A DNA stretch of 64,000 nt from an uncultured Methanosarcinaceae archaeon (GCA_963727895.1 CAVSHT010000013.1:1-64000), one strand, 5' to 3'; positions 46,219 to 58,255 are shown, numbered from the stretch's first letter. Numbers and translations: made by a program. Notes: a model not told the origin generated them from the letters alone.

Positions 46219-47076
46219 TTATATTCCCAACGTCATACGTATCGTATTCCTTGTTGCAGGAGAGAGCCCGAGGATCAAAATGACCATTTTGATTAACATT
46301 TTCAAATTCAAGGAACTTTCGTCATCTTCAAACTGGGTGTCAAGCATGTAAAGAACCCCTATGAAGATAATAAGCTTTAATGGATACATAACCAGTGCGG
46401 TTCCAGTAAGGTTGATAAGATAGGTGGGCACAACATGCTTTTCAAAGTACCCAAGTTTATCTACTCCTATATATGTTGAAGAAGCATCCATCAGATGAGC
46501 CATAAGAATAGAAAGATTCAGGGGATCAGTGAATATACTGGATTTTAAATGACGGGCAATCAGATAAAAGATAAAAGTCAGCCCTGTTCCTGTTACAATT
46601 ACGAATATAGGTACAAATGGGGACACTACTTTTTGGAAATGCAGCAGGATGCCAAGGTTTATAAAAAACCATATCATTCCAAAGCCTGCAAAGGCGAAAT
46701 GGAAATTCTTTACCATCCCTGCTTTCTGCAGTTTTATGGAAATCCATAGACAACCTACGGTTATCACAAAAACCAGAAAGTAGATATTTGGAGTTATAAG
46801 AAGATAACTGGCTGGTGGATGAAGTATATCAACGGGCGAATCTTCAATTACGCGCAGAGAAGATCCTGCAAGCACAAAAGGGAGGACAGATACAATAAAG
46901 CGAGGGTTAATTTTTACTTTAAGTTTTTCTAGCAACTTGAGAACCCCAAATATGCAAATTCCCAGTATCACTGCCCAGGTAAAAGTATTTACGGGATTAT
47001 ACCCTTCATCACCTCTTATGGGGTCAAGATAATAGGTATTAATAAATTGTGATATTGTATCCATTGAAAAACTCAT
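46219..47076 (-). CDS. DUF63 family membrane protein
   Basis: GYNPVNT, LRVIED, LITP, AHLMDA, YFEKHV, LGLSPA. Confidence 0.85.
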   Translation of the reverse strand: MSFSMDTISQFINTYYLDPIRGDEGYNPVNTFTWAVILGICIFGVLKLLEKLKVKINPRFIVSVLPFVLAGSSLRVIEDSPVDILHPPASYLLITPNIYFLVFVITVGCLWISIKLQKAGMVKNFHFAFAGFGMIWFFINLGILLHFQKVVSPFVPIFVIVTGTGLTFIFYLIARHLKSSIFTDPLNLSILMAHLMDASSTYIGVDKLGYFEKHVVPTYLINLTGTALVMYPLKLIIFIGVLYMLDTQFEDDESSLNLKMLIKMVILILGLSPATRNTIRMTLGI

Positions 47077-47267
47077 CTTATCACTCGTTCAAAATGGTAA
47101 TGTCCTAATATCATTAATACTTACTAAATATACAACGAACTTGGTCTTTTAATCAATGAGGTAAATCATTCTTATCCGGCGCGCGATGTTCGTTCTAATG
47201 GTAGATATTTCTTTCCGAGAAGTTCTATCCCAATAAGGATTAGTAATATTATAAATATTAATCTCCA

Positions 47268-47346
<79 letters not shown>

Positions 47347-47714
47347 ATTGTCTGTAAACTCTTAATATTGTATTTATAGATACTTTACTAATAAAGTATG
47401 AAATCTACAAAGGCACAACAAATATATGAAAAATCTGTGGTGACATAAACACAGATAAACTGTATGTTCATATAAATGATCTTAAATAGGTTCTGAATAA
47501 CAGGATTATAAATTGTTGTATCTTACTTAAGATATACTTAAAATATGTTCTATACTGAATTTATAAATATTCAGTTATTGAGTTAAGTTAGCAATTTAAT
47601 TATGTACCTAATATGCTGTAGTCTGCTAATAATCTAAAACTTGTGACTTGGTACATGTAGTCGGATTTATAAGAGCCAATTTACTATCTATCTTGATTGA
47701 ATAATGATGCAGGT

Positions 47715-48785
47715 ATGAAATTGACCATTAACAAAAACAGCGCAAAATGGATGCAACTTCCTAGAGATGTGCTTCTTGGACATGGAGTGCTTGAGGAACT
47801 TGGAGATGTTTGTAGGGATCTGAAGCTCAAAGGAAATGCGCTGATAGTAACCGGAAATACTACAAGGAATATTGCAGGCAAGAGGGTCAGTAACCTGCTT
47901 GAAAGTGCGGGAAGTAATACGGAAACGGTCCTAACATGCAAAGCTACTATGGAAGAGGTCGAAAAGGTTATAGAAAAATCCCTTGAAATAGAAGCGAATT
48001 TTCTATTGGGAGTTGGAAGCGGCAGGTCTATTGACCTGGCAAAACTTGCTTCAACCAAACTTGAACTTCCTTTTATTAGCGTGCCAACTGCAGCTTCTCA
48101 TGATGGAATTGCATCGTCTCGCGCTTCAATTGTGGATAATGGAAGAAGTAAGTCTGCACAGGCTCAGGCTCCGATTGCCGTTATTGCAGACACAGAGATT
48201 ATTTCAGCAGCTCCTTTCCGTTTTCTTGCAGCTGGCTGTGGAGACATAGTTGCCAATTACACGGCAGTACTGGACTGGGAATTTGCAAGCAGACTCAAGA
48301 ATGAATATTTTGGGGCATATGCTGCAGCTATCTCCCGCATGGCTGCGAGGGTTATTATAGATTGTGCAGATTCGATCAAGCCTGATCATGAAACTTCGGC
48401 AAGGCTTGTGGTAAAGGCTCTTGTATCAAACGGAGTTGCGATGAGTATCGCAGGTTCTTCGAGACCTGCTTCAGGCTCGGAACATATGTTCAGTCATGCT
48501 CTTGACAGGATAGCTCCAAACCCTGCACTTCACGGAGAACAGTGTGGAGTTGGCACAATTATGATGATGTATCTTCACGGGGGCAACTGGCAGGAAATTA
48601 GGAATGCATTAAAGAAGATAGGAGCTCCCGTAACCGCCAAAGAACTTGGTATAGAAGATAAGTATATAATTGAAGCACTGCTACAAGCACACAGTATTCG
48701 CCCGGAGCGTTATACCATTCTTGGTAGCGGCCTTACTCCTTCTGCTGCTGAAAGAGTCGCAAGAATCACAAAGGTCATAAGTTGA
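47715..48785 (+). CDS. egsA: Glycerol-1-phosphate dehydrogenase
   Basis: [33 protein letters not shown]. Confidence 0.96.
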   Translation: MKLTINKNSAKWMQLPRDVLLGHGVLEELGDVCRDLKLKGNALIVTGNTTRNIAGKRVSNLLESAGSNTETVLTCKATMEEVEKVIEKSLEIEANFLLGVGSGRSIDLAKLASTKLELPFISVPTAASHDGIASSRASIVDNGRSKSAQAQAPIAVIADTEIISAAPFRFLAAGCGDIVANYTAVLDWEFASRLKNEYFGAYAAAISRMAARVIIDCADSIKPDHETSARLVVKALVSNGVAMSIAGSSRPASGSEHMFSHALDRIAPNPALHGEQCGVGTIMMMYLHGGNWQEIRNALKKIGAPVTAKELGIEDKYIIEALLQAHSIRPERYTILGSGLTPSAAERVARITKVIS

Positions 48786-49083
48786 AAAGTTGTTTGTATT
48801 TAGACTAAAATTAAGATTCAGTGTCTGTTCAAGAAGCTTGAGTGTAACGCTAGGATTCTATTCATAAATCCTGCAGTTCAGTTAATAGGAATTAGGTTTT
48901 ATTTGATGCTGCTTAATTTCTAACTGTGCAATCACTTAATTTCCAATGAACCTAATTACTTAATTTCCAATTTGATTATTATTCAAACTTGATTGATCTC
49001 GAATTTCAAGCCACCTCGAGATAAATTCCAGATATATGAGAAACTGGGTATAGGCCCAAAAATAATTAAATGGAAGAGTTATT

Positions 49084-49533
49084 ATGACAGAGAGCGATAC
49101 TAAAATAACACTTATCGGATCACGGCTTGCAAGGGAAGGGTTGGAGTTCATATTTAAAGGTGAGATGCCTGAATGCAAAAAATGCCGGCTGAAAAACACC
49201 TGTCTTAACCTTGAACCCGGACGCAGGTATAGAGTCGAGAGAATAAGGAGCAAAGATATCCACGAATGTTTCTTACATGATAGTGGTGTACTTGCTGTCG
49301 ATGTGAGTAAGGCTCCTATTCTGACAACAATAGAATCAAGAAAAGCCATAGACGGGGCAAAGGTTATGTATGAACCTCCAAAATGCGGCAAAAGAGAATG
49401 CGAGGTCTACGAGATCTGTCACCCTGAAGGGCTTTTGAAAGGTGATAAATGCAAAATTGTACAGGTTCTCGAAAGTCTTGATTCCAGATGCGAATCCAAT
49501 TATTCACTGAAAAAGGTGAAATTATCCTGGTGA
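49084..49533 (+). CDS. UPF0179 family protein
   Basis: ITLIG, CKKCRLKNTCLNL, HECFLH; follows egsA. Confidence 0.85.
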   Translation: MTESDTKITLIGSRLAREGLEFIFKGEMPECKKCRLKNTCLNLEPGRRYRVERIRSKDIHECFLHDSGVLAVDVSKAPILTTIESRKAIDGAKVMYEPPKCGKRECEVYEICHPEGLLKGDKCKIVQVLESLDSRCESNYSLKKVKLSW

Positions 49534-49607
49534 ATGTAAACGAACACATTTTAGTAATAGGAAGATTGATTATCAATTAATAATAAAGGTTATAAGCGGT
49601 GTTATAA

Positions 49608-50243
49608 GTGCCTGAACAGGAAATGAACCAGGTCCCCCCCTATGAATTTTATACCCCAAAGCGCTGGGAAAACTGGCTAGGAAGGGCAAGAGAGAGCGGT
49701 TTTCAGATCAAAGAGTCAGAAGAGGAATCTGAAAAGGAAAGTGCCATATTCGTAAATATGGTTGATGACATCATTCTTGCCTGCCTGAAAGTAACTGCAC
49801 GCTTTGATAAGGGTATGTTATCCAGAGAAAAAGCTCTGGAGATCCTGGCTGAGATTCGGGATATTGTGCTTGCTGAGGTCGAGCCAATTTCCGAAGATAT
49901 TGATCTTATGATCGATTCTGTCCAGACTTCCCTTATGGGGGCCCTTGTCGCCTTTGAATCCTATATTCTCGGTGACTATGATGAAGAAGCTGATATTGTA
50001 GAGCTTGCAAAATCAGCTATTGAGGCTGAGTCCTCGGATGATCTTGAGCTTGCTCTTGATTATACTGCACAATGTGGTGCACTTGTACTGAAAGGAAAAA
50101 GCTTGCCTGAAGATCTGATGGCTGATCTTCCCTACGGTATTGTCGCAGAATGGCTTGACGGAATCGACTCCATCTCGGCTGCAATGGTAGGAAGTGACAG
50201 TTACAAAGAATTTGATGAAGGCGATGACGAGGATAGCGCTTGA
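49608..50243 (+). CDS. DUF2150-like acidic protein
   Basis: FYTPKRWENW, DSVQTSL, EWLDGIDSI. Confidence 0.75.
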   Translation: MPEQEMNQVPPYEFYTPKRWENWLGRARESGFQIKESEEESEKESAIFVNMVDDIILACLKVTARFDKGMLSREKALEILAEIRDIVLAEVEPISEDIDLMIDSVQTSLMGALVAFESYILGDYDEEADIVELAKSAIEAESSDDLELALDYTAQCGALVLKGKSLPEDLMADLPYGIVAEWLDGIDSISAAMVGSDSYKEFDEGDDEDSA

Positions 50244-50726
50244 GAAATTTCCATGTAAGCAAAGGTTTCCCTTTCCTTTTTTCAGGAAGGAGGAAGTCCT
50301 TTGAATTCTTATATGAAATTAACTTTTTAATAAATAGAACTTAACACCTTAAGTGTTAAATCAAGTACAATAAACATTACCTTTAACTCTACAACTTAGG
50401 CAATTAAAAGTTTAGCACTATTTTTTTGTTTCAGCCGAATAATTTCGAAACAAACTTAAGTTTGTATGTAGTTTTGATCAAATAAGTCTAGATTTAGTAT
50501 CAGAAAGTAGGTAGTTTTTTAGTTTTAGTTTCTTAATAATCATCTAAACTAAGTATTCTATTAGAAAACTGAATCTTAGTTCAAAAATGAATTATAGATT
50601 AAACATCATTGAAATGAGTTTTTATATAAAAAAGTTAATATAAAATTGTTCATTTTACTCAGGTTTTAACAGAATCTTTTTTATTCAAGGTTTATTAAAC
50701 TCGTTTTCGTTCCAAAGTTCTAGGCA

Positions 50727-51914
50727 TCAACTGACTTTTCCTACTATAGATTCATGTTTTTCAATTGCTTTTTTGTATACTTCTAGAGTTTTTTCAGCTA
50801 TTATTTTCCAGTTATACCGCTTTTTAAGAAGATCGTAACCTTTTTCTCCCATTCTGTTATGATCAAGCCCTTCAAGAACGTAATTGAGTCCCCAGGCTAT
50901 AGAAGATGGATCTTTATAAGCAATAACGCCTGTCCTAAAATTTTCCACAAGAGCAACTGCATCGCTCGCAACTACAGGCTTTTTTGCATCCCAGGCTTCA
51001 AGCACCACAATTCCAAAGGGTTCGTTCCGGCTGGGCACACATACAAGATCGCAGGCGTTAAACCAGTCTATCACAGTATCATCCGGGGCATAACCAAGAA
51101 AGTTGCATGAGTTCCCTATTCCTAGTCTGTGAGCCTGATTCTCACACTTAGAACGCATCTCCCCCTCACCTATAAGCACAAACTGAGCATTTCTCCTTTT
51201 CAGGACTTTCGCTGCAGCTTCCACCAGTAAGTCAGGTCCTTTCTGATAAGACATTCTCCCTGTAAAAAGCACCACTGGAAGACATGGATGAATCCCATAG
51301 TGCTTTTTCACATTTCCAGGATCTATATGTCTTTTTATTTTTCCCACGTTTATGCCGTTAGGGATTTCCCATAGCTTGTAGTCAGGAATTTTGTAGATAT
51401 GCTTTATTTCTTCTTTTAATATTGTCGAGGTTATGATAATATCCGAAGATTCATAGCCTCCGAGCCACTCTCTATGTGAAATTTCCTTTGCCTCCCACCA
51501 ATCTCCATGACGGTTTCCATTACGCCCCCATTCACTACTGTGGAAAGTTAGTACAAAAGGCAATCCAAACTGGGCTTTTATTCTGCAAAGAACATTTACA
51601 GGGTGCCAGTCATGGCCATGTAGAACGTCAAATTCGCCTGCGCTTTCTCTCATTTCAAGGAACCGGCAATACATCGCATCACACATCCGGTTCATCTGTT
51701 CTATAATTCCCCCATTTTGATCACAGGCAATCTTATGATAATGGACCCCGTTTATTATTTCATTTTTATCTTCGTGGTCTCGTGTAAACAGGTGAACTTC
51801 ATGTCCCTCTGCTGCAAGAGCGTCAGAGAGTTCAGATACATGGGGTGCAATCCCTCCTACACGTATCGAATATAAACTTTCCCAGGTAAACATTCCTATT
51901 CTGATCTTTTTCAT
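50727..51914 (-). CDS. GT4 glycosyltransferase (glycogen synthase-like)
   Basis: VGGIAPHV, HGHDWH, QKGPD, PSRNEPFGIVVLEA. Confidence 0.9.
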   Translation of the reverse strand: MKKIRIGMFTWESLYSIRVGGIAPHVSELSDALAAEGHEVHLFTRDHEDKNEIINGVHYHKIACDQNGGIIEQMNRMCDAMYCRFLEMRESAGEFDVLHGHDWHPVNVLCRIKAQFGLPFVLTFHSSEWGRNGNRHGDWWEAKEISHREWLGGYESSDIIITSTILKEEIKHIYKIPDYKLWEIPNGINVGKIKRHIDPGNVKKHYGIHPCLPVVLFTGRMSYQKGPDLLVEAAAKVLKRRNAQFVLIGEGEMRSKCENQAHRLGIGNSCNFLGYAPDDTVIDWFNACDLVCVPSRNEPFGIVVLEAWDAKKPVVASDAVALVENFRTGVIAYKDPSSIAWGLNYVLEGLDHNRMGEKGYDLLKKRYNWKIIAEKTLEVYKKAIEKHESIVGKVS

Positions 51915-52314
51915 AGGCTCACATATCCCTTTTGTTAAATGGGAGTTAAGGGAATAATTAAGAATTTACAGGCTCCCCTTTGCCTTATATTCTTATATCC
52001 TTTGTTTGCTAAATTCAGTTAATATCAAATTAGTGTTAATTACAATATATTGAACTTAGTTCTTCTCAATTAATTCTACGTCTTTTAATTTTTCAATTGA
52101 CTACAATAGATAAAAGGAACATACTTCAATCTCAATAATATGAATATGTTTTTCGCATTAAGAACACAGTTCTCTACTTCCTTACTTCATTCTTTTTTAA
52201 TTGTAGATAAACATATCTGTAACTCTTTCTTAATATTTTTGACTATATATTCTAAGAGTTTTTTCACTTTTTTATTTTAATTAGAACTTTTCAGCTTCTC
52301 TTTTATTAAATACC

Positions 52315-53319
52315 TTATTCTTCGGGCTTAAGGTCTCCCCGCAAATAAGAAGCTGCCCTTTCAGGAGAAACCGTATTGATATAAGTTCCTGTATTCAATT
52401 CAAAACCCGCATTAATGGAAATTCTCGGGATCAAACGAATGTTCAGGTGATATTCAGGATTTTCTGAGAGCTGGTAAAACATATAATTAAAGGATGGATT
52501 TCCAAGAATTCTTCCATATCTTTTGAGAAGTTCTTTCAAAATTTTCCCTAGAGCAAAAAGCATGTCATCACCGCATTCTCTAAGATAACTGATGTGTTTT
52601 TTAGGAAGAATCCATACTTCAAATGGTTCCATTGAGAAATAAGGAGTAAAGGCTATCCATTCTTTGTTTTCAAGTATCAGACGAGGGGATACTTTTTCGA
52701 TATCAAATATCGCACAGTAGGGGCATTTTTCTTTTTTTCGGATAACCTTCAATTCTCTTTCTAGAATGGAAGGACAAAACGGTAAGGCAAGAAGCTGGCT
52801 GTGAGAGTGGTTAATTGAAGCCCCTGCTTTTTTCCCTGTATTTTTGAATAAGGAAACATAACGTATCTGTTCACGTTTAGTATAGCTGCATGTTCGGTCT
52901 CTATAGACTTGCATTAGTTGTGAGATTTCATCATCGGAAAAATCCTCAAGTTTTCTCCCATGCAGAGGCGACTCTACAATAACCTCATGAAAACCATATC
53001 CGGGCTCTACTTGAAGGTCATTTTTCTGCTGCTTTAGTAATTCTGGAGAAGGCGAAAGGGCAGGATAAAGATTTGGAAAGCAGCGGAAATTCCAGTTGCG
53101 TACCCTTTTCTTAGGATTATCGGAATAGATTTTCTCATCTTTATACACTGCAGTCGCAAGAGGAGTATTTTCTTCAGCTCCCCCACAGAAAAAGCAACTT
53201 TCATAATCATTTTTCCTGATGTTTTCATCTGTATCTACAAAATCCGATGGCCTTTTAGATCTTTCTTCAGCAATTATACAGTATTCGGATAGAAAATAAT
53301 GCTTTCTTATTTCTGACAT
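52315..53319 (-). CDS. galT: GalT-family hexose-1-phosphate nucleotidyltransferase
   Basis: RSKRP, CFFC, NLYP, HEVIVE, AGASINHSHSQ. Confidence 0.88.
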   Translation of the reverse strand: MSEIRKHYFLSEYCIIAEERSKRPSDFVDTDENIRKNDYESCFFCGGAEENTPLATAVYKDEKIYSDNPKKRVRNWNFRCFPNLYPALSPSPELLKQQKNDLQVEPGYGFHEVIVESPLHGRKLEDFSDDEISQLMQVYRDRTCSYTKREQIRYVSLFKNTGKKAGASINHSHSQLLALPFCPSILERELKVIRKKEKCPYCAIFDIEKVSPRLILENKEWIAFTPYFSMEPFEVWILPKKHISYLRECGDDMLFALGKILKELLKRYGRILGNPSFNYMFYQLSENPEYHLNIRLIPRISINAGFELNTGTYINTVSPERAASYLRGDLKPEE

Positions 53320-53371
53320 TTCAGGAAAACCTCATCATATCTTTATTCGTTTTTCCTGATATTAATTCTCT

Positions 53372-55210
53372 TTATTCCCTGCCAGCATCATTTTTCTTCT
53401 TGCAGAAGCGAGCTCCGCTTATTAGTTCATAATATTGTTCAGTAGGAGCTTTCCAATCCATATCTTTTGCAAGGAGAAAAGCTTCCCTACAGAGGAGCTT
53501 GTATTTTACCCTGTCTTCTATAAAATTCCGTGTAAAATAGCTGACTGCCAGGGCGTAATCAAGGACGGTTTCGTAATAAGAAAGATTGATATTGTCTACC
53601 ACTATCACTCCACCAAGAACTTCTTTGAGGGATTCGATCGTCTTTATCGCATCACTGAAGCCACAGACCCGGCTGACCACACTTGGAGTCCCTTCTTTTC
53701 CGGCTTCAAGCCCTGTTAGCAGAAAAGGATCGTAACGTGAAGGAAAGATGCCTGCACAACAGCCTGCCATAAATTCTTCAACTTCCATACCCAGCCCTCC
53801 ATCAGAGATTGAGAGTATCTGAGGATATAAAAGTGCTGCAACTGAACGTTTTCCCCTTACCATTTCCGAAAAATCCAATCCTTTCTCTTCAATCATCTGC
53901 TGGATCTTTAGTTCATTTCCTACAAGCACTTCTTTTGGCAAGTTAACAGGAAATCCTGATGGGATGTTTGTTTTGGGACCTTCTGCCGTAACAAGGAAAC
54001 AAATTACTCTAATGTCCTCCTGCATATGTCCTTCGAGAATGTTATTCTTTATTATATGCTCAAGAGCAACAAGAGAATCAAGAAGATCTGGATATCCTTT
54101 ATTCTCTACTTCCAGACGGGAAATTGTGAAAATTGGGATTATCGTTTCAGGCTCTATCCTTTCCCCTCCATGGTACTTGTACAGGTTTTCGGAAAGGAAT
54201 TTCCTTATTTTTTCAAGGGAGATTTCTTTCAGGGTCCAGTCTATTTTATCGGACTCTATAGTTATTCCATTTCGGATTACAATTCCATTAACTCCGTAAA
54301 AGAGCCTTGCTTCCTGTCGTGTTGACTCCCCGACTGCAGTAACTGTATCAGCATATGAAGCAAGGGCTTCAAGAGCAGCTAGGTTTTCAGGTACTCCTGA
54401 AGGCCATATGCTGTCATTGTTTCTTCTTTTCTGGATCGAGTTGTATCCTGCAGTCCTTCCGGGAAGAGTTGCATGCAGGGTTGCAACCGTATTTACCGGA
54501 ATTCCTAATTTTTTAAGTCTGGTTGGTGCATAAAATACCCCAAATTCATGGCAGTGCAGAGAGACTTTGTGGCAGGGGATAAAACCTTCTGTTAAAGTTG
54601 TGTAGGATGTTTTGGTGTTTCTCGAAGTTGAGTTTATAAGGAGCCGAACAAGCTCGGAGATTGCATAAGAAAGACAAAGGTAATGGGTATATTCTGGTCC
54701 ATTTGACATACTCTCATATTTAAGGGAATCCAGTTCAAGGTGGTTGTAGGCTTCAGCCTTGATTCTACCTTCAAGAGTCATCTCTTTTCCCATATACATC
54801 GTCCGTATTTTTCCAAAATCTGATGTTTGAAACTGCAAATAACTTATTTTCATTTTTCCTATCAGTTTGCTTCCTGTAAATACCTTGATACCTGATTTTT
54901 CAAGGGCTTCGAGACTTTTCTTGAGTTCTTCGCCAGGATTGAGAGGTTCAAATTCTTCCATATGCGTAATCCTGTTCAATCCCCTGTTCCAATCCGCACC
55001 TATATGAGCATAATAAGGGCCCACGACAAGTATCTCTGTGCCTTCCTTTTTATCCAATTTACCGGAATCAAATAGAACAGCAAGGGTTTGTGCTTCTTCA
55101 TGAATGACATTCCAGATCCCGCCCATTTTGTTTGATTTCGGACCTGCTTCTTCTCCGGCAATTACGATAAAGTGTTTTTCCAAATCCTGATCCTCCCAGC
55201 TTTTTTCCAT
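53372..55210 (-). CDS. GT3-like (eukaryote-type) glycogen synthase homolog
   Basis: NKMGGI, HCHEF, TLHATLPGR, RLEVENKG, GIFPSRYDPF. Confidence 0.72.
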   Translation of the reverse strand: MEKSWEDQDLEKHFIVIAGEEAGPKSNKMGGIWNVIHEEAQTLAVLFDSGKLDKKEGTEILVVGPYYAHIGADWNRGLNRITHMEEFEPLNPGEELKKSLEALEKSGIKVFTGSKLIGKMKISYLQFQTSDFGKIRTMYMGKEMTLEGRIKAEAYNHLELDSLKYESMSNGPEYTHYLCLSYAISELVRLLINSTSRNTKTSYTTLTEGFIPCHKVSLHCHEFGVFYAPTRLKKLGIPVNTVATLHATLPGRTAGYNSIQKRRNNDSIWPSGVPENLAALEALASYADTVTAVGESTRQEARLFYGVNGIVIRNGITIESDKIDWTLKEISLEKIRKFLSENLYKYHGGERIEPETIIPIFTISRLEVENKGYPDLLDSLVALEHIIKNNILEGHMQEDIRVICFLVTAEGPKTNIPSGFPVNLPKEVLVGNELKIQQMIEEKGLDFSEMVRGKRSVAALLYPQILSISDGGLGMEVEEFMAGCCAGIFPSRYDPFLLTGLEAGKEGTPSVVSRVCGFSDAIKTIESLKEVLGGVIVVDNINLSYYETVLDYALAVSYFTRNFIEDRVKYKLLCREAFLLAKDMDWKAPTEQYYELISGARFCKKKNDAGRE

Positions 55211-55337
55211 CTAGTTATATTTATATTTCAATTAGCTTGTATATATTAATCTATCAATTGAAAAATAAACTTGCAAAGGATAAAGCTGCATGAAAAATAA
55301 TTTAAATTTAGGCATTCAGTATCTGAAATTACTGTAT

Positions 55338-55467
55338 GAGCCTATCCCAAAAGCTACTTTATTCTTAATTGTTGGGAATTTTCGGAATTGTTTTCACAAT
55401 CAAAAGCTTGGTTGAATATATGAAATTGAATGCCTAATATGCAAATTTTGAGTTTTAGGATAGGCTT
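55338..55467. mobile_element. 130-bp MITE, family B, copy 1
   Basis: TIRs GAGCCTATCCCAAAA / TTTTAGGATAGGCTT; TAT on both flanks; inverted homolog at 62542-62669. Confidence 0.8.
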
Positions 55468-55604
55468 TATGAAAAAAGGAAAAAGTCTGAAAGCTACTGT
55501 CTATTTCTGATCTATTAAATATAATTGCAGTCTTGTCTATTCAGGAATTTTTTGTTTGGGAGTTGGAGTCTCTGGACTAATCTGAGGAATATCATAAAAT
55601 TTTG

Positions 55605-56344
55605 GGCATTGTTACCTAACTATATCTAGTTCTTTATTTCTTTATTTCATCAATAGAATAACCGAGTACTTTAGCATTTCAAGACTCTTCGTATAACACT
55701 TTGTCTTTCTTCTCAATCTTGCCAAAAAGTGCCTCAATATGCTGTTATATCCTTCAACAGTATACGTTTCTGCTTTGGATTGAGTATGGATCTTTTCTGG
55801 AAGAAACTCTGCATATGCTCTACAGTGATCTGTCATCACTTCTCCGATCTCTTTTTTCTTCAATTTTTCCCAGAGTAATTTTCCAGTTTCCGTTCCTCTG
55901 CTGCCAAAAGAGCAGTTGATGAACTTTTTCCCAACTCTATCAACAGCAATCCAGATCCAGCAATATTTTTTTTGTTACCGATGTAAGTGTGCATTTCATC
56001 CATTTCAACAATAGATATCTCATTTTCACTTTTTAGGTTCTCTAACTCCTGACCAAATTTCTTGATCCATTTTTGGACAGAGACGTGACTTACCCCTAAA
56101 ACTCTTCCTATTGAGCGAAAGCCCAATCCTTCAAGATAGAGTTGTAAAGCCTGTCTTTTAACAGAGGCGGAAAAAGCAGTTGATTTTAGCTCTACTGTAT
56201 AGTTATATCCACAATCATGGCATTTGTAACGTTGACGCCCGCCAACTATACCATTCTTTTTGTGACTGGAACTATTACATTTTGGGCAGTTCATGAAGAA
56301 ATATACTTTCTAATAGTATATAACTATGTTTAAGTATCAATGCC
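55605..56344 (-). mobile_element. IS1-family element (740 bp) with insA/insB and an A8 slippery site
   Basis: TIRs GGCATTG.../...CAATGCC; perfect 8-bp TSD AAATTTTG; InsA at 55860-56294; late TAA in insB. Confidence 0.95.
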
Positions 56345-56466
56345 AAATTTTGTTATTTTACAAGCATTCCGTTATTTTTTACTATCTTTGTAGTATTTTG
56401 AAACAATTCGGTAGCATCTGATATACAACATCTTTATTCACTATATTTAAAAATAAATCTAATTGT

Positions 56467-57294
56467 TCAAATCATTGTCTGATAGTAACCTTTTTTCTCT
56501 ATGACTTCAACAGGGATCGAAAACAGATTAGATAGGTTAGCATCAGTTAGAACTTCCTGTTTTTTTCCGTCCATGAAGATTTTCCCGTCTTTTATAAGGA
56601 TTACACGATTAATTTTGGGAATTATATCTTCAAGGGAATGAGTTACCAGAATAATACTTTTTCCAGAGTCTGCAATTTTCTGTAGCATTTCACGGAAGCT
56701 GTGAAGAGCTTTAATATCAAGGCTATTTGTAGGCTCATCCAGAACAAGGGCTTCCGGGTCGTGCACAAGGGCTCTTCCTATAAGTACCCTTCTTGCTTCT
56801 CCTGAGGATAGCTCGGATATCATCCTGTCTGCGAGGTGGAAAATTTCCAAAAATTTGAGAACTTCTCTTGCTCTCGCTTCCATTTCAGGAGTGACTTTAT
56901 GGTTATAGTAAATTCCTATACTGCTAAAAAACCCTGAGAGCACAACATCCAACACATTTATTTTACGGAAGTAGGTTTGTTGAAGATCTCCAGAAACTAT
57001 GCCTAACAATTTCCTGAGCTCAAAGACGTTCCAGATTCCTTTACCCATGATGTTTAGAACAAGTCCATCTACTGCTGCAAGGGGGTAATATTCTTTTGTA
57101 AATGTCTTGATAAGGGATGATTTTCCCGAACCATTAGGCCCGATAATTGCAACATGCTCTCCCTGCTCAATAGACAGAGATATTGAATCAAGGATTTTTC
57201 TTTCACCCCTGACAACGGTCACATTTTTCATTTCCAGCAAGGATATAGAATTAGCCTTTTCTGGAACGTTTATATTTTGAATCATTTTTATCAT
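56467..57294 (-). CDS. ABC transporter ATP-binding protein (ModF-like)
   Basis: GPNGSGKS, LSSGE, LVLDEP, VTH. Confidence 0.92.
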   Translation of the reverse strand: MIKMIQNINVPEKANSISLLEMKNVTVVRGERKILDSISLSIEQGEHVAIIGPNGSGKSSLIKTFTKEYYPLAAVDGLVLNIMGKGIWNVFELRKLLGIVSGDLQQTYFRKINVLDVVLSGFFSSIGIYYNHKVTPEMEARAREVLKFLEIFHLADRMISELSSGEARRVLIGRALVHDPEALVLDEPTNSLDIKALHSFREMLQKIADSGKSIILVTHSLEDIIPKINRVILIKDGKIFMDGKKQEVLTDANLSNLFSIPVEVIEKKGYYQTMI

Positions 57295-57895
57295 CTATTT
57301 TAAATTCTGAAATAAAAATCTCACAAATGCCTGAATTTTAGATTCTATTTATTGTTAGCAAACCAATTTATAGTTATATATAAATATTTACATCAACTCA
57401 TTTGGAAATATGTGATCAGGATTATTAGCATAGGCAAAATCATAGTACAATCAAATATAAATATTGCTAAAAAGGCATGAATAAGTAACTCGAGTGTAAC
57501 AAATTGCTGGATTACAACCTGAATAATGATCATATAATATTAACCAGAAGCAATAACCTTGAATCAAAGCTATATTTAACTCCATTGAAATATTTCAAAA
57601 CTGTTTTTATAAACTGGGTCAAGAATTTCAGAGGTTTATAAATATCTGGTCTTAAATATCTCTCTAAATTGTTTAAACCAGAATCTTAGATTTATTTCAA
57701 CTATTTTTGCCAATTTTTGCGATTCTTAATATTTTTAAGTTTTTCAGATTAAAATTATTTCCTAAACTTCTTATCAAGTGCCTTTTTCAAAAATATTAAA
57801 CTCTATTTTAGTTTCTTGTGTTTGTTTCTTGCGTTTATATAATCTTATAACCTAGTTTTGCTTCTACAGAAAAATGGAGTATTTTTGGGGGTTTT

Positions 57896-58255
57896 TTGTT
57901 GGAAGTTTACAATACTCGGGGTTCGTTCAGTTCTTATCTCTATGAGGTACGTTTTATCATTCTTTTCTATGTAATCGGAGATTGGGCTTCCACTGTTTAT
58001 GCTCTACCTCAAGGGACTGAATATAATCCGGTTCCTGCCATGATTCTTGAAAATTATGGTATTTATCATCTTTTACTTGTCAAATTAGGGTTTATTCTAA
58101 TGCTTTTTTATGCAGCGCCATTGATAAAAACTTCAGTGTCCAGGTGGATTTTTACAAAGCGTATTATAGAATTCGTGGGCATCTTTGTAACCATAAATAA
58201 TCTTATGGTTATATGGTCTGGAATCAGTTTAATACAGGCTATAGGGCTTATCTGA
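57896..58255 (+). CDS. Small membrane protein (DUF5658-like)
   Basis: GDWAST..EYNP motif, three hydrophobic helices, terminal NN. Confidence 0.65.
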   Translation: MLEVYNTRGSFSSYLYEVRFIILFYVIGDWASTVYALPQGTEYNPVPAMILENYGIYHLLLVKLGFILMLFYAAPLIKTSVSRWIFTKRIIEFVGIFVTINNLMVIWSGISLIQAIGLI

